Shown here: positions 1 through 14,439 of the stretch, piece after piece | How positions within the stretch are numbered: position 1 is the first letter of the stretch | Layout of the letters: each line of letters starts with the position of its first letter | Assembly: GCA_964016885.1 (NCBI GenBank) | Contig: OZ024741.1 | Coordinates: forward strand, 221,154,001 to 221,218,000 | Direction: 5' to 3' | DNA length: 64,000 bases | DNA from: Eledone cirrhosa | Lineage: Eukaryota | Program-made: the position numbers and the translations under genes | Notes under the pieces: model-generated | Told to the model about the DNA's origin: nothing | Databases searched by the model: none | Seen by the model: only the letters and a program-made list of their open reading frames with translations

Positions 1-57
<57 letters not shown>

Positions 58-222
58 TGTGTATATGTGTTGATACATTATCTGTCTGTATGTCTCACTC
101 GATCTATCTGTCTAGCTAAGTCTATCAGTCTAATATATCCATCTCTATACCTACCACCCTACAATGTGTAATATGTTGACAGTTTAGTTCTGTATTGCTC
201 TATCTATTGATTCCACCGTCTG

Positions 223-271
<49 letters not shown>

Positions 272-683
272 AGCAAGTTTTATGAAAGGTGGGTGAAAGT
301 GGCGAGAATGGCCCGAGTGAATGGGCCTTCTCTCTATATCAGCCTGTAGATTGAGGAAAAGGAGGAGGAGAGGAAAGGAGTACAAGCTCTTCGTACTCCT
401 GGAGATGAGGGTTGCACATTTTTTCGGGGGTATGTGTTACCCATATAAACTGGCTCCCTCTATTGGGGAAAATCGACTAACTTTTAAATTCCATCTGTGA
501 TAACATTTTACACGTTTTTATTGTATGTAAACTTCCCCCTTTGTATTTGTCCCCTTCTTTTGTGCCCCTGTGGCTAATAAAGAAATATATCTATCTATCT
601 ATCTATTTATCTATCTATTTATCTATCTATCTACATTTCTGAAAAGATTATTAATACGGCTTAATTCCTATGTACTTTAATAC

Positions 684-768
<85 letters not shown>

Positions 769-793
769 TCTCTCTCTCTCTGCATATATATAT

Positions 794-826
<33 letters not shown>

Positions 827-1337
827 CACCTGTAGTTTATTAGATTAACAATTTGTCTGATCTCTCCCTCACACACTCTCTCACTCTCATACACTTACAA
901 TCTGTCTACTTATCTCTTTATACACACACACACCTGTCTGAGTGCTACATGTTTGGTTGATTGTTTATGGCTAACGAAAAATGATCGATTAGTCTTGTCT
1001 GTCTCCCTTTAATTTTACCAAAGTTATTCTCTTTGATCTTCACTTCCTCTCTCTCCCGCTCTCTCCCTCTCTCTCACTCTCCCTACCTCTTCTCCTCACT
1101 CTCCCTCCCACAAAACCAATATCAAGAAGAGTGTTTTTAGTAACAATACCAGAAGCTAATGATAGGAATACATTGTTTCTACTTTAGGCACAAGGCCAAC
1201 AATTTTCGGTGGCTGCGGGTATTGATTAAATCTACCCGAGCAGGGTGGAACTTTCACCTCTAGAGGCCCTAAACTATATGAAATTTGAGGTCCTTCTTTA
1301 AAAAAAAAAATAATTATACATAATAAAAAGCGCATAG

Positions 1338-2418
1338 CACTGTAAAGTGCTCGTGATGGCGTCACGGCAAAAACCACCTGGTCCACACTGTAAAGTAGTC
1401 GTTTTGCTGACACTATACAAAGGACCCAGTCCACACTGTAAAGTGGTTGCGCTGGTGTCACCACAAAAAGCACCCGGTCCACACTGTAAAGTACTCGTGA
1501 TGGCGACACGGCAAAAAGCACCCAGTCCAAACTGTAAAGTTCTCGTTTTGGTGACACGATACAAAGGACCCAGTCCACACTGTAAAGTGGTCGTGTAGGT
1601 TTCACGACAAAAAGCACCCAGTACACAATGTGTTTGTGCTGGTGTCACGACACAATGTGTTTGTGCTGGTGTCACGACACAAAGCACCAAGTCCACACTG
1701 TAAAGTGGTTGTGCTGGTGTCCCGTAAAAAGCACCCAGTTCACAGTGTCAAGTAGTTGTGCAGGTGTCACGGCAAAAAGCACCCAGTCCACACTGTAAAG
1801 TGGTTGTGCTGGTGTCACGACAAAAAGCACTCAGTTCACACTGTAAAGTGGTCGTTTTGGTGACAAGACAAAAAGCACTCAGCCCACACTGTAAAGTGGT
1901 TGTGCTGGTGTCACGACAAAAAGCACCCAAGCCACATGGTAAAGTGATTTTACTGGTGTCACGCCAAAAAGCACACAGTCCATACTGTAATGAAGTTGTG
2001 CTGGTGTCACCACAAAAAGCACCCAGTCCATACTGTAATGAAGTTGTACTGGTGTCACCACAAAAAGCACCCAGCCCACACTGTGAAGTGGTTGTGCTGG
2101 TGTCACGACAAAAAGCACCCAGTCCACACTGTAAAGTGGTCGTTTTGGTGACACGACAAAAAACACAGTTCACACTGTAAAGTGGTTGTGCTGGTGTCAC
2201 GACAAAAAGCACCCAGCCCACACTGTAAAGTGGTTGTGCTGGTGTCAAAAAGCACCCAGTACACACTGTAAATGTGGTTGTCATTAGGAAGGGCACCCAG
2301 CCGTAGAAACCAAGACAGAAACAGTTCTGCATGAGCAATACTCTGTCATCTGATCTGAGTTTTCTGACAACTCATCTAAGACATGCTAGCGTGGGAAAAA
2401 GACCTTAAATGATGATAA
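1338..2418 (+). repeat. 48-bp minisatellite (~19 units) running into a SINE-like 3' tail
   Basis: CACTGTAAAG recurs at 1338, 1386, 1434 and onward; the end (ttaggaagggcacccagcc..catgctagcgtgg..atgatgat) matches 60177-60398. Confidence 0.9.
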
Positions 2419-2619
2419 TATCAAATACCTTTTATATCTACTGATGTCTCAGAACCAGCCCATGGCTTAAACCTTGGTACCCTCAAAAGTTCCCTAGTAC
2501 AATACTAATACCATCTCTGACAGCCCCAAACTCGAGTGCAATTTTTGTTTCTCTATTTTAAAAATGTAAAGTGGCTTATTTTTCATTCACTTACATAACA
2601 AGACTATTATTAACGTTGT

Positions 2620-2800
2620 GAATTGGCAGTATCGGTAGAGGGTTGGACGCCATGCTTTCTAGCATAGTTACGTCCCTTTACGGTCTGAGTTCAAATCCCG
2701 TCGAGGTTAAATTTGCCTTTCATCCTTACGTGGTCGATAAAATAAAGTACCAGTAATGCACTGCGTAATTGCTGGCCTTGTGCCTAACGTAGAAACAATT
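2620..2800 (+). mobile_element. SINE family 1
   Basis: Colinear with 50911-51098. Confidence 0.85.
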
Positions 2801-3117
2801 GTTAACGTTAACGAATTTACTTCAATTCACATCAGGCCCTAGCCCCTCCCCGGTCCACCACTACCCTAGCCCTATCACCCCAGTCCCACCACTCCTCCCC
2901 CCCCTCCCCGGCCCACCACCACCAGCACCACCAGCCTCCTCCCACACGTCAATTAATATTTTTCTGCAAAGTTGAAAAACCAACATTGGTTTCTTTGTCA
3001 ACATTTTATTTTACAGACTTTCCCTCTCCCTCTCCCTCTCCCCCCTCTCTCCCTCTCTCTCTCTCTCACCACACACACACACACTCTCTCTCTCTCACAC
3101 ACACACACTCTCTCTCT

Positions 3118-3175
<58 letters not shown>

Positions 3176-3185
3176 CCCTCTCCCC

Positions 3186-3216
<31 letters not shown>

Positions 3217-3252
3217 TCTCTCTCACACGCACACACACACTCTCTCTCTCTC

Positions 3253-3320
<68 letters not shown>

Positions 3321-4033
3321 ACACACACTCTCTCTCACACACACACACACTCTCTCTTTCTCTTTCTCTCCCCTCTTCTCTCTCTCTCTCTCCCTCTCTC
3401 CCCCTCTCCCTTTCTCTTTCTCGCTCTCTCCCTCTCTCCCCATCTCCCCCTCTCCCTTTCTCTTTCTCTCTCTCTCTCTCCCCTCTCTCTCTCTGTTATG
3501 TGATTGATCGATTCTTAAAACACTCCAAAACCAATCACGACATACCATGACTTTTTCATTTTAACAACAACCCTGAACGTTCTTCAGGTCACCAAGTAAA
3601 CTTCCATTTGTATAACATGTAGCGAACATTATCAACCACACTGCTACATGTCCGCCATGCATAAATTTCAAAATCTTCCCATATTTTCCATTAAGTTGAT
3701 TTCATCCCTAATTAATTCTGTGGAAACTAAATCTGTTAAACTTTGATCAAAAGCTTTCATTACATTACATTTTATTTTATTTTATTTTATTTTATTTATT
3801 CTGTTTTATTTTATTTTTCTGCATTGCTGCGACTCGTCTGTACAGCTGTTGATTACAGACTTCAATTTACAACTCACAGCTCACAGCTCATTCGTCTCTG
3901 TCAAATCTCCCTAATACTTCTAATTTTGTTTTCAAATATGACTCCTCTCTCTCCCTCTCTTTCTCTCTCGCTCTCGCTATCTATCTATCTATCTATCTAT
4001 CTCCTCTCTACCTCTCTCTCTGACTCTATATCC

Positions 4034-4064
<31 letters not shown>

Positions 4065-4212
4065 GCTCTCTCTCTCTCTCATCATATACTATACATTCTT
4101 TCTCTTTCATTCCATTTCTCCTCTCCCTCTCTCTACCCCCTCTCGCTCTCCCTCCCTGTACGTGTGTATCTAATGACTCGAGTTAGATAACACCTCCTGC
4201 CTAATTTCAAAT

Positions 4213-4233
4213 ACTACTACTACTACCACTACC

Positions 4234-4325
<92 letters not shown>

Positions 4326-4360
4326 CACTACCACTGCTACTACTACTACTACTACCACTT

Positions 4361-4408
<48 letters not shown>

Positions 4409-4447
4409 GTACTACTTCTACCACCACCAGTACTACTACCACCACTG

Positions 4448-4489
<42 letters not shown>

Positions 4490-4492
4490 GTT

Positions 4493-4555
<63 letters not shown>

Positions 4556-4666
4556 GTACTACTACTACCACTACTACTACTACTACTACTACCACCAGTT
4601 CTACTACTACCACCACTACTACTACTACTACTACCACCAGTACTACTTCTACCACCACCTGTACTA

Positions 4667-4714
<48 letters not shown>

Positions 4715-4802
4715 GTTCTACTACTACTACTACCACCACCAGTACTACTACCACCACTACTACTACTACTACTTACTACTACCACCAGTTCTACTACTAC
4801 CA

Positions 4803-4889
<87 letters not shown>

Positions 4890-4997
4890 GTTCTACTACT
4901 ACCACTATCACCAGTACTACTACCACTACTACTGCTGCTGCTACTACTACTGCTACCACCAGTACTACTACTACTACCACTACTACTGCTGCTGCTG

Positions 4998-5042
<45 letters not shown>

Positions 5043-5060
5043 TTACTACTACTAATACTA
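4213..5060 (+). repeat. (ACT)n/(ACC)n compound trinucleotide tract
   Basis: Direct reading; the poly-V and poly-S ORFs are artefacts. Confidence 0.95.
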
Positions 5061-5537
5061 TGGCTAGGTTTGATTTCTTTGTTTTAATTTGTACAAATTT
5101 GGACTACATTTATTTATTTATTTATTTGTCCATGACCAAAATGCCGGTAGAAAGGTAACATTTTAGTGGGAAACCGCTAAGGAAATATTTTGTTCAGAGT
5201 GTGTCAATAAAAGTGAAGATCTTCTTCTTCTTCTCCTACATATTCTTGAGAGAGTCGTGGGAGAAGGGTCCTCAAGTATTTCTCCCAGCGGGTCCTGTTT
5301 GAAGCAACCGTCCCCAATTGATCTGGCTGAATTCCCAAGAGAGACCAAGATCAAACAGATTCTATTTTAGAATTAACATGAATCTGTTAAATGGAGCTTC
5401 GTTTACGGTGTAGATAAAATAAAGTACCAGTAATGCACTAGGGTAGATTTAATCGATTTTGCCCTCCCCCAAAATTGCTGGCCTTGTGCCTATAGTAGAA
5501 ATCTAGAAGTAGTAACACAACAGTTAGTTCACCATAT

Positions 5538-5576
5538 CGAGAACAATTGTTTCACCTTATGCGGATCTTCAGCTCG
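5538..5576 (-). ncRNA. Minimal type I HHR motif
   Basis: cgag-CTGAAGA-tCCgcataaGGt-GAAAC aatt GTT-ctcg; palindromic stem III (AACAATTGTT); second copy at 29870-29912. Confidence 0.7.
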
Positions 5577-5599
5577 GATTGGTCATAGTTATACGGAAC

Positions 5600-5708
<109 letters not shown>

Positions 5709-5804
5709 TGTGTGTGTACGTAGATACACATATATATATATATATGTATATACGTACATACACACACACACATACACATATATATATATATATATGAAAA
5801 TGTT

Positions 5805-5986
5805 TAACACCGACGGCAGAGCTCAAGCCGTTTCGAGGGCTATTTCTGAGTCCAGAAATAGCCGTCGAAACGGCTTGAGCTCTGCCGTCGGCGTTACACA
5901 TTTTCCTATTACCCACTCTACTACCCAAAGTATTGAGTACTCTGGTGCGTTATGGTCCATCTGGTTCCTTACCACACTGCCTTCGT

Positions 5987-5987
<1 letters not shown>
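5805..5987. mobile_element. Fold-back fragment of the 30623 family in (TA)n
   Basis: Palindrome 5805-5896 (GAAACGGC..GCCGTC half-ribozyme in each arm) plus a one-sided tail to 5987. Confidence 0.8.
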
Positions 5988-6017
<30 letters not shown>

Positions 6018-6245
6018 CCGCCTCTCTCTCTCTCTCTCCCTCTCTCTCTCTCTCTCCCTCTCTCCCTCTCTCTCTCTCCCTCTCTCTCTCTCCCTCTCTC
6101 CCTCTCTCTCTTTCTCTCTCTCTCTCCCTCTCTCTCTCTCTCCCTCTCTCCCTCTCTCTCTTTCTCTCTCTCTCTCCCTCTCTCTCTCTCCCTCTCTCTC
6201 TTTCTCTCTCTCTCCCTCTCTCTCTCTCTCCCTCTCTCCATCTCC

Positions 6246-6276
<31 letters not shown>

Positions 6277-6429
6277 ATGCATGTCTCTGTGTCAGAATTA
6301 GTGATTTTGAAAATGCAACATTTCTATGAAACTCATCCTTAAAGTTACATTCATTTCTTTCTGTTTTTAACAAGTTTATTTGAACGAAAAGCTTTTACAT
6401 TATTTTGTAAAAAGGTGATGATGGATATG

Positions 6430-6830
6430 AGGAATGGGTGGAACGTCGAACAAAATACTTTGCTGCTTTTAGTTGCGGCCTTCTACGTCCTGAGTTCAAA
6501 TACGACTAAGGTCAACTTTGCCTTTCATTCTTCCAAAATTGATAAAGTATCAGTTATGTACTAAGGTAGACATAATCGATATTCCCCCTGTCCACCCCAA
6601 CCCCTAAATTGCTGGCCTTGTGCCTACAGTAGAAACCCTTATTTTGTAAAACCTTAAAATTCTACCGGTGTAAATTTAGCTTTTCATCCTTCCGTGGATC
6701 TCTAAAATATAATTATTTCTACTTTTTGGCACAAGACCAGCAATTACCCAGTACATTACTGGTACTTTATTTTATCGACCCCGAAAGGATGAAAGGCAAA
6801 GTTAACCTCGGCGGGATTTGAACTCAGACC
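6430..6830. mobile_element. SINE family 1: old plus copy (6430-6640) and truncated minus copy (6712-6830)
   Basis: Same body and tail motifs. Confidence 0.75.
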
Positions 6831-6976
6831 TCTAAAATATAATAGCTATCGTTTACAAAAGTTCTCCATTACTAACATCCAAGTCAATCCAATCCAGGGC
6901 CTTCTCACTCCTGATGAAGGAACCCCTCCCTGGTTGACTTCCACCGCTTTCTGTTTGATTTTCGTCATGTTTTTAA

Positions 6977-7296
6977 CCCTTTAGCATTTAAACCTGCATT
7001 TAAACCTGCATTTAAACCTGCATTTAAACCTGCATTTAAACCTGCATTTAACCCTTTAGCATTTAAACCTGCATTTAAACCTTTAGCATTTAAACCGGCC
7101 GTATCCTGCCAGAATTGTCTCACCTTTTTCTGTTCAAACCGGCTATAACTGGCCACTCATACATATGTTAACGTATTGTTCGCAAAATATATAACATCAA
7201 AATCTCGTAGATTCGATATTATATGAGATAATTATGTAAGATAAAGTCTTTATCATGAAAATAAAATAGTATATTTAGAATGTAAATGCTAAAGGG
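6977..7296. mobile_element. piggyBac-type MITE with internal 12-bp tandem expansion
   Basis: TTAA|CCCTTTAGCATTTA ... TAAATGCTAAAGGG|TTAA; (GCATTTAAACCT)n at 6984-7095. Confidence 0.8.
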
Positions 7297-8434
7297 TTAA
7301 AAATATAGCTGTACTCACCACATTTGACCAATTGTGGGTTGGTGAGGCTATTTAACCCATAGTTGGGGTGGATTGCCATTTAACAGCTATGGTTTTGTTG
7401 TGTTTGTGGTGCTGGGGTTTCCCTTACCCTCCTCACTAGGCCCTGATCTGGCGAGGAGACGGTTTAGTTGCCCACCATTCGATCATGAAGTATATTGGAT
7501 ATACTTTTTGATGATTTAGTATAAAAAGGATCGATCAACTTTCGTCAAATCGGACCGAGGAAACAATGTTTCCGTTGGTCTTTCCAGTTGCTAATACTAT
7601 CTATCGGTCGCAACGGACATAAAGTGTCTTGCTCAAGGACATAACGCATCGCCCGGTCCAGGAATCATACTCACAACCTCAAGATTGTGAATCCAATTCT
7701 AAAAATATATATTTTTAATGAGGCCCCCGATGGTGTGTGGCTCTGAGCTATAGCTTATTTAACTTGTAGGTAACATCCAGCACGGTGTACAAGATTACGA
7801 AGTAACCTTCTTAACCATTCGATCGGGTGACCTCCATACAATTAACATTACTAGATTCTGCAAACTACAGCATCATAGGTTGCTATGACAATACATCTCT
7901 GGAGGTGTTTCACGTTGCTGTAGCTGATGCCTGATTGGTTGATTGAGTGAGTCACTAACTATTGAGGGGAACAGACGTCTACATACACATAGACAGAGAC
8001 ACATGCACATAGAGACATACACATAGGCATACATACATAGACATACACATAGACAGGCAGAGACTCATACACCCATAGACGTACACATAGACAGGCATAG
8101 ACACATACACACATAGACAGAGACATACATATACACACATAGACGTACACATAGACAGGCATAGACACATACACACATAGACAGAGACATACATATACAC
8201 ACATAGACGTACACATAGACAGGCATAGACACATACACACATAGACAGAGACATACATATACACACATAGACGTACACATAGACACATACACACATAGAC
8301 AGAGACATACACATACACACATAGACGTCTACATACACATAGACAAAGACATACACATACAGACATACACATACATACACACATAAATACACAGACATGA
8401 ACACACAAATACTCACACACACACATATACACAG

Positions 8435-8560
<126 letters not shown>

Positions 8561-8774
8561 AAAAGGTAAACAGAAATAACAACACAATCGGTACAGTATA
8601 TGGAAGGAATATATTAGTTTAACGCTTGAAATAGCAGGTAGAGGGTCTTAACGTTTCGGACGCTAGTCCTTCATATGAAATTACAAAATATGAGGAGATA
8701 ATACACAAAAAATATGCCTATATTTTCTTCAACATCCCGACTGCAGTTTCGCCGATTTGTGTGCAATATATATT

Positions 8775-8853
<79 letters not shown>

Positions 8854-8884
8854 AGATCAAAAGATGGTTAAAGGAGTTCCATGT

Positions 8885-8952
8885 ATTTTATTATGCGCAT
8901 TTCAAAAACAAACATCATCATGCAATAATATTTGTGTTTTCATCAGATAAAA
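8885..8952 (-). ncRNA. Type I HHR motif with extended stem II
   Basis: ttttat-CTGATGA-aaacacaaatatt...gatgtttgttttt-GAAAT gcgc ATA-ataaaa; palindromic ATGCGCAT stem III. Confidence 0.72.
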
Positions 8953-9519
8953 CAGGAGAACATGATATGAAGGCTAAAAAACACTTGTGAATAGTGCAGT
9001 TTTAAATCAACATATGAAAAGTGGTTTTAGATTGATGTGTGATATTGGGAAAAATATTTTATTTAGAGAGGGGGGGGGTGGAAAGGATGAAAAGGGAAGG
9101 AGATGAGAGGGAGAGATGGGTGATAGAGAGAAAGAGATAGTTTTTATAACTGAGAGGAGATATATTGTTTTACATAGAGAGGTTGAAAACCGTTGGAAGA
9201 TAATGTATAAATTAAAGGAATTTGAAAATTAACGAAGGGAATTTATGTATGAAGATAGAGAGAAAAAATAATAATTGTGGATGAATATTCTAACGTCAAA
9301 AAAAGAAATGTATGTATTGTGGCAATTTCAAAATTAACGAAGAGAAAAATTATTAAGGTTTGTGTGTAGAAGGATTTGAGAAAAATAATGTGAAGTTAAA
9401 GTTTGTATATTGAAGGAATTGATATTATATGTGAATAAAGAGTTAATATGTATTAATATGTATTAACTTATCCGATATCTGCATTGCTTTATTGTACTAC
9501 AATAAAACTCACCTCCTAC

Positions 9520-9578
<59 letters not shown>

Positions 9579-9646
9579 CTGGCAATATATATACATATAT
9601 ATATTTCTGGCAATATTATTACAACAATATGACCCTCCCCAAATAT

Positions 9647-9708
<62 letters not shown>

Positions 9709-10075
9709 TTATAAAATAATCAAATCTTAGTTTAATACATTTAATACGGTTTAATACGGTAACTGGGTAGTACTTAGTACTACCCTCCATATTTATTATT
9801 ATTTATAAACCATATATAAGTATAAATATTATTATTATTACTATATATATACTTATATATACTTATATATATATATAGGTGTGAGTATATATATATATAT
9901 ATATTTATATATATGTGTGTATGCATATATGTGTATGTGTACATCTTTAATTTTTCATTTTTCGATTTTTTTTTTTTTTTATTAGTTAATTTGTAGTTTT
10001 CTAACTGAAAGATGACCTTTAATTCAGTTTGTAGCAGTTGGTCCTCCTTGGGTGTATCCTTGAATAGTTGGCTCG

Positions 10076-10930
10076 TCCGGTGTCTTGGTCCGGTGTCCTG
10101 GTCCTAGTCCTGTGTCCTGGTCCGGTGTCCTGTGTCCTGTGTCCTGTGTCCTGTGTCCTAGTCCTGTGTCCTGGTCCTGGTCCTATGTCCCGGTCCTGTG
10201 TCCTGGACCGGTGTCCTGGTCTTGTGTTCTGGTCCTGGTCCGGTGTCCTGGTCCGGTGTCCTGGTCCTGTGTCCTGGTCTGGCGTAATGGTCCTGTGTCC
10301 TGGTACCGTGTCCTAGTCCGGTGCCCTGGTCCGGTGTCCTGGTCCGGTGTCCTGTGTCCTGGTCCGGTGTCCTGTTTCCTGTGTCCTAGTTCTGTGTCCT
10401 GGTCTTGTGTCTTGGTCCGGTGTCCTGTGTCCTGTGTCCTGGTCCGGTGTCCTGTGTCCTGTGTCCTAGTCCTGTGTCTTGGTCCGGTGTCCTGTGTCCT
10501 GTGTCCTGGTTGGGTGTCCTGTTTCCTGTGTCTTGGTCCGGTGTCCTGTGTCCTGTGTCCTGGTCCGGTGTCCTGTTTCCTGTGTCTTGGTCCGGTGTCC
10601 TAGTCCTGTGTCTTGGTCCGGTGTCCTGTGTCCTGTGTCCTGGTCCGGTGTCCTGTTTCCTGTGTCTTGGTCCGGTGTCCTAGTCCTGTGTCTTGGTCCG
10701 GTGTCCTGTGTCCTGTTTCCTGTCCTGTGTCCTGGTCCTATGTCCTGGTCCGGTGTCATGTGTCCTAGTCCGGTGTCCTGTGTCCTGGTCCCGTGCCCTG
10801 GTCCGGTGTCATGTGTCCTGGTCCTGTGTCCTGGTTCGGTGTCCTGTGTCCTGGTCCGGTGTCATGTGTCCTGGTCTGATGTCCGGTGTCCTGGCCCCGT
10901 GTCCTGGTTCAGTGTCCTGGCTCGGTGTCC
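10076..10930 (+). repeat. Complex GTCCTGT/GTCCTG/GTCCGGT satellite
   Basis: Mosaic of 6-7-bp units, almost lacking A on the plus strand. Confidence 0.9.
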
Positions 10931-10959
10931 TTCCAATACCTTCCTGGATATTTCAATAT

Positions 10960-11228
10960 CTATCTATCTATCTAGGGCGAATAAAATTCTATCTATCTAT
11001 CTATCTAGGGCGGATAAAATTCCCGAGATCCATGGACGAGTTCTCTCCAGGGGTCTCTGTCCCTCATTATCGCTGTCATGTCCTGCGTCTCCTACAGACC
11101 AGTGGCTGTCCTTAGGGCATTAACATATGTTAACCTCGGTCTTCCTCTTCCGGTGTGTCCATGCAGGGACTCCCACGGGAGCACTGAGTGCAGTTTCAAC
11201 TCTGGATGTCGGTGAGCATGTCCAGTTC
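10960..11228 (-). pseudogene. LINE (RTE-like) 3' fragment with (TAGA)n tail
   Basis: Manual minus translation ..WESLHGHTGRGRPRLTYVNALRTATGL*..MRDRDPWRELV; short second tail at 11655-11715. Confidence 0.65.
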
Positions 11229-11229
11229 G

Positions 11230-11321
11230 TGAGTTTTTACCAGGCACTCACAAATAAACGTTTCTCATTGGAGGTGCTATGACCAATGTTCTTACCCGTG
11301 CAACGCCGGGATACACTGCTA

Positions 11322-11411
<90 letters not shown>

Positions 11412-11580
11412 GCAGTCGTCACATAAAGTCATTACGTTTAATGTTGTTTCTTTAGAATCCAATTTACAATCCAATCCATTTCTATAGTTTATACTAGCAG
11501 TGTATCCCGGAGTTGCACGGGTAAGATCATTGGTAATAGCACCTCCAATGAGAAGCGTATATTTGTGAGTGCCTATTGGG
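11230..11580. mobile_element. Two tail-to-tail Helitron 3'-end fragments (third copy at 16075-16530, minus)
   Basis: cccgtgcaacgccggg..CTAGT ending about 11323, and its reverse complement from 11493. Confidence 0.65.
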
Positions 11581-11777
11581 GAATGTTTGTTGTTTGAATT
11601 TTTTGATATTTCTATCTTGTTGTTATAACCTTTTTTGCACGGCCAAAACCCACGCTGGAGAGAACTCGTCTATGGATCATTGGAATTTTACCCGCCGTAG
11701 ATAGATAGATAGATACATTTTTATGTGTATATTTATATATATCTATATGTGTATATGTATGTATGTATATGTGTTTA

Positions 11778-11836
<59 letters not shown>

Positions 11837-11841
<5 letters not shown>

Positions 11842-12264
11842 AAAGAATAGAGGTGTAACACACAAGTTATTATATATTGGTAAACGGAATAGAAAATGCT
11901 GACAAATTGTTCACAGTTGAAAAATGGTTTAATTAGGAATAAAAGAGTATTAGTGATTGTATGGGTTAGTATTCAGTTGTGGTTTTAAGTTTTTAAGTTT
12001 TTACCGGTTGCGCATTTCTAAATGCTTTTCAAAAATAATTTTGAGATAGAGTGTCCGTGCTGTTTGCTCAGATCAGAGCAAACAGCACGGACACTCTATC
12101 TCAAAATTATTTTTGAAAAGCATTTAGAAATGCGCAACCGGTAAAAACTTAAAAACTTAAAACCACAACTGAATACTAACCCATACAATCACTAATACTC
12201 TTTTATTCCTAATTAAACCATTTTTCAACTGTGAACAATTTGTCAGCATTTTCTATTCCGTTTA

Positions 12265-12272
<8 letters not shown>
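11837..12272. repeat. Apparently perfect ~200-bp-arm palindrome with one-sided 3' tail, in (TA)n; variant HHR-like motif in each arm
   Basis: Arms about 11873-12069 and 12076-12272 around the loop agatca; the tail 11837-11872 matches the tail of the related copy at 38214-38535. Confidence 0.9.
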
Positions 12273-12315
<43 letters not shown>

Positions 12316-12380
12316 GTAAGTATATGTGTATATATGTGTGTGTATATGTATATATGTATATATGTATATGTGTATATATG

Positions 12381-12414
<34 letters not shown>

Positions 12415-12763
12415 AATGTGGCGAAGATAATACGTCAGCGATGACGTGTTGGTCATAATGTCGTAATGCAGACAGCCAGACATACAGACAGATATTATAA
12501 GGGCGCGACAGAGATCGATAACCGGCGCCTAACACCCCTTTAACAACAGAAAATTGAAAAATAAAAGCTGCAGTTAATATCTTTAGACCGCAAGGAATAT
12601 ATAAATGCAAGTTTGAAGTCAATCGAAGTAGGTGGATTTGTATAGACTTTGCAAAAACGAGGACTCACACACAGACAACTACAGTTGATCAATGAAACAA
12701 TTGTTAATACTGTAAATGAAACCCTTTTTGTACAGCCGACCATCTTATTCTTCACTCTTTCAC

Positions 12764-12918
<155 letters not shown>

Positions 12919-13537
12919 TAAGAGGAATTGAAACTTTGTCTGATTTATTCGTTTTATTTACTAAATAAAACGAGTAAATCAGACAAAGTTGGAATTCCTC
13001 TTATTAATATAATCTTCTATACACAATCATACACACCCGTGTATATTTATCTATCTCCTCCTCCTCCTCTTTCTTCCCGTTTGACCTGTGAGTAACTCTT
13101 TTCTCTCACATTCTCGGCCAAGCTGATCGGAATTTTTTCTCTCTCGTCTACGATTTCACAGAACTTATGTTTACCGAATTCGTAGACCAGACCCCTTCTT
13201 CCTCCCGTTAGACCTGTGCGAAATTCCTTCCTTGCTCACATTTCAACCAGGTTTGATGGTCTTTATTCTCTCGTTCACGATTTCACCGAACTTAAATTCA
13301 TAGAAATCTGGGACTTATCTCCTTCTTCCTCACTTTCTGTTGCCTCACCATTTTGTTTGTTTACCCTCGCGTCCCCTTTATTTACGTGTCCCAACGACTT
13401 TTTTTAGCCGTTGCTCGCACCAACCGGAGGTATATGGTCTTTAAAGCGATGAAATGCCTATGATAGTTGGAAGATCACTGATGAAGGACAAACTTTTTTC
13501 ATATGTAACCCATTTGCAACTCCGCAGCGCCCTTATT

Positions 13538-13633
<96 letters not shown>

Positions 13634-13689
13634 AACAGACACACAAAGAAACACACACATATATTTGGAAACTGGCAGTTTCTACCAGT

Positions 13690-14015
13690 TCTCTTTAATG
13701 CCGAACATTGGGACAATGTATAGAAGATGTTTAGGATCTTCCATACATTGTTTGCTGCTAGTTGCTCCACCATTATTCCAGAAACCTTCTCAAGGTGAAG
13801 TATCTACCATTTCTCTTTAATACCAAAGAGTGGAACATGACTCTCCACGATCTTCCATACATATGTAACAGTATATTTCTCTCTTCATCATTCAACAAAA
13901 TAGAGACACAGCGTTCATACATTCTCTGTAATTAAGGCCATTTACTGAAATTATTTTCCTAGTGAACATTCTCTGTAACCTTTCAATTTCTTCTGAGACT
14001 GGGTTTGTTTGGGGG
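13690..14015 (-). pseudogene. CR1/L2-like LINE RT C-terminal fragment
   Basis: [24 protein letters not shown] resembles the IEXVQRXFTRXI..LXYXERL motif. Confidence 0.6.
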
Positions 14016-14036
14016 CCAAAGGTGTTTGTTTGTATG

Positions 14037-14068
<32 letters not shown>

Positions 14069-14092
14069 CATACAAACAAACATATATATATA

Positions 14093-14167
<75 letters not shown>

Positions 14168-14204
14168 TTATTTATATATATTTATTTATTTATATATATA
14201 TATG

Positions 14205-14269
<65 letters not shown>

Positions 14270-14439
14270 GTTATTCCGGGTTGAATCGGAGGTAACCACA
14301 GTAAGTAAGGTACTCAATGTAAGTAAGGTATATATATATATATATAGAGTAGTGAAAGAGTGAAGAATAACATGGTCGGTTGTACAAAAAGGGTTTTATT
14401 TACAGTATTAACAATTGTTTCATTGATCAGGTGAGTCTA

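Noticed and set aside
4170-4980. Poly-Val and poly-Ser ORFs
   Set aside because: (ACT)n microsatellite artefact.
6905-6950. CTGATGAAGG as a hammerhead
   Set aside because: No stem II closing into GAAA downstream.
10068-11123. Cys/Pro-rich metallothionein- or keratin-like ORFs
   Set aside because: 6-7-bp satellite lacking A, so stop-free in all plus frames.
13445-13490. SECIS element (ATGA..AA..GA)
   Set aside because: Helix spacing and pairing do not fit, and there is no selenoprotein ORF upstream.
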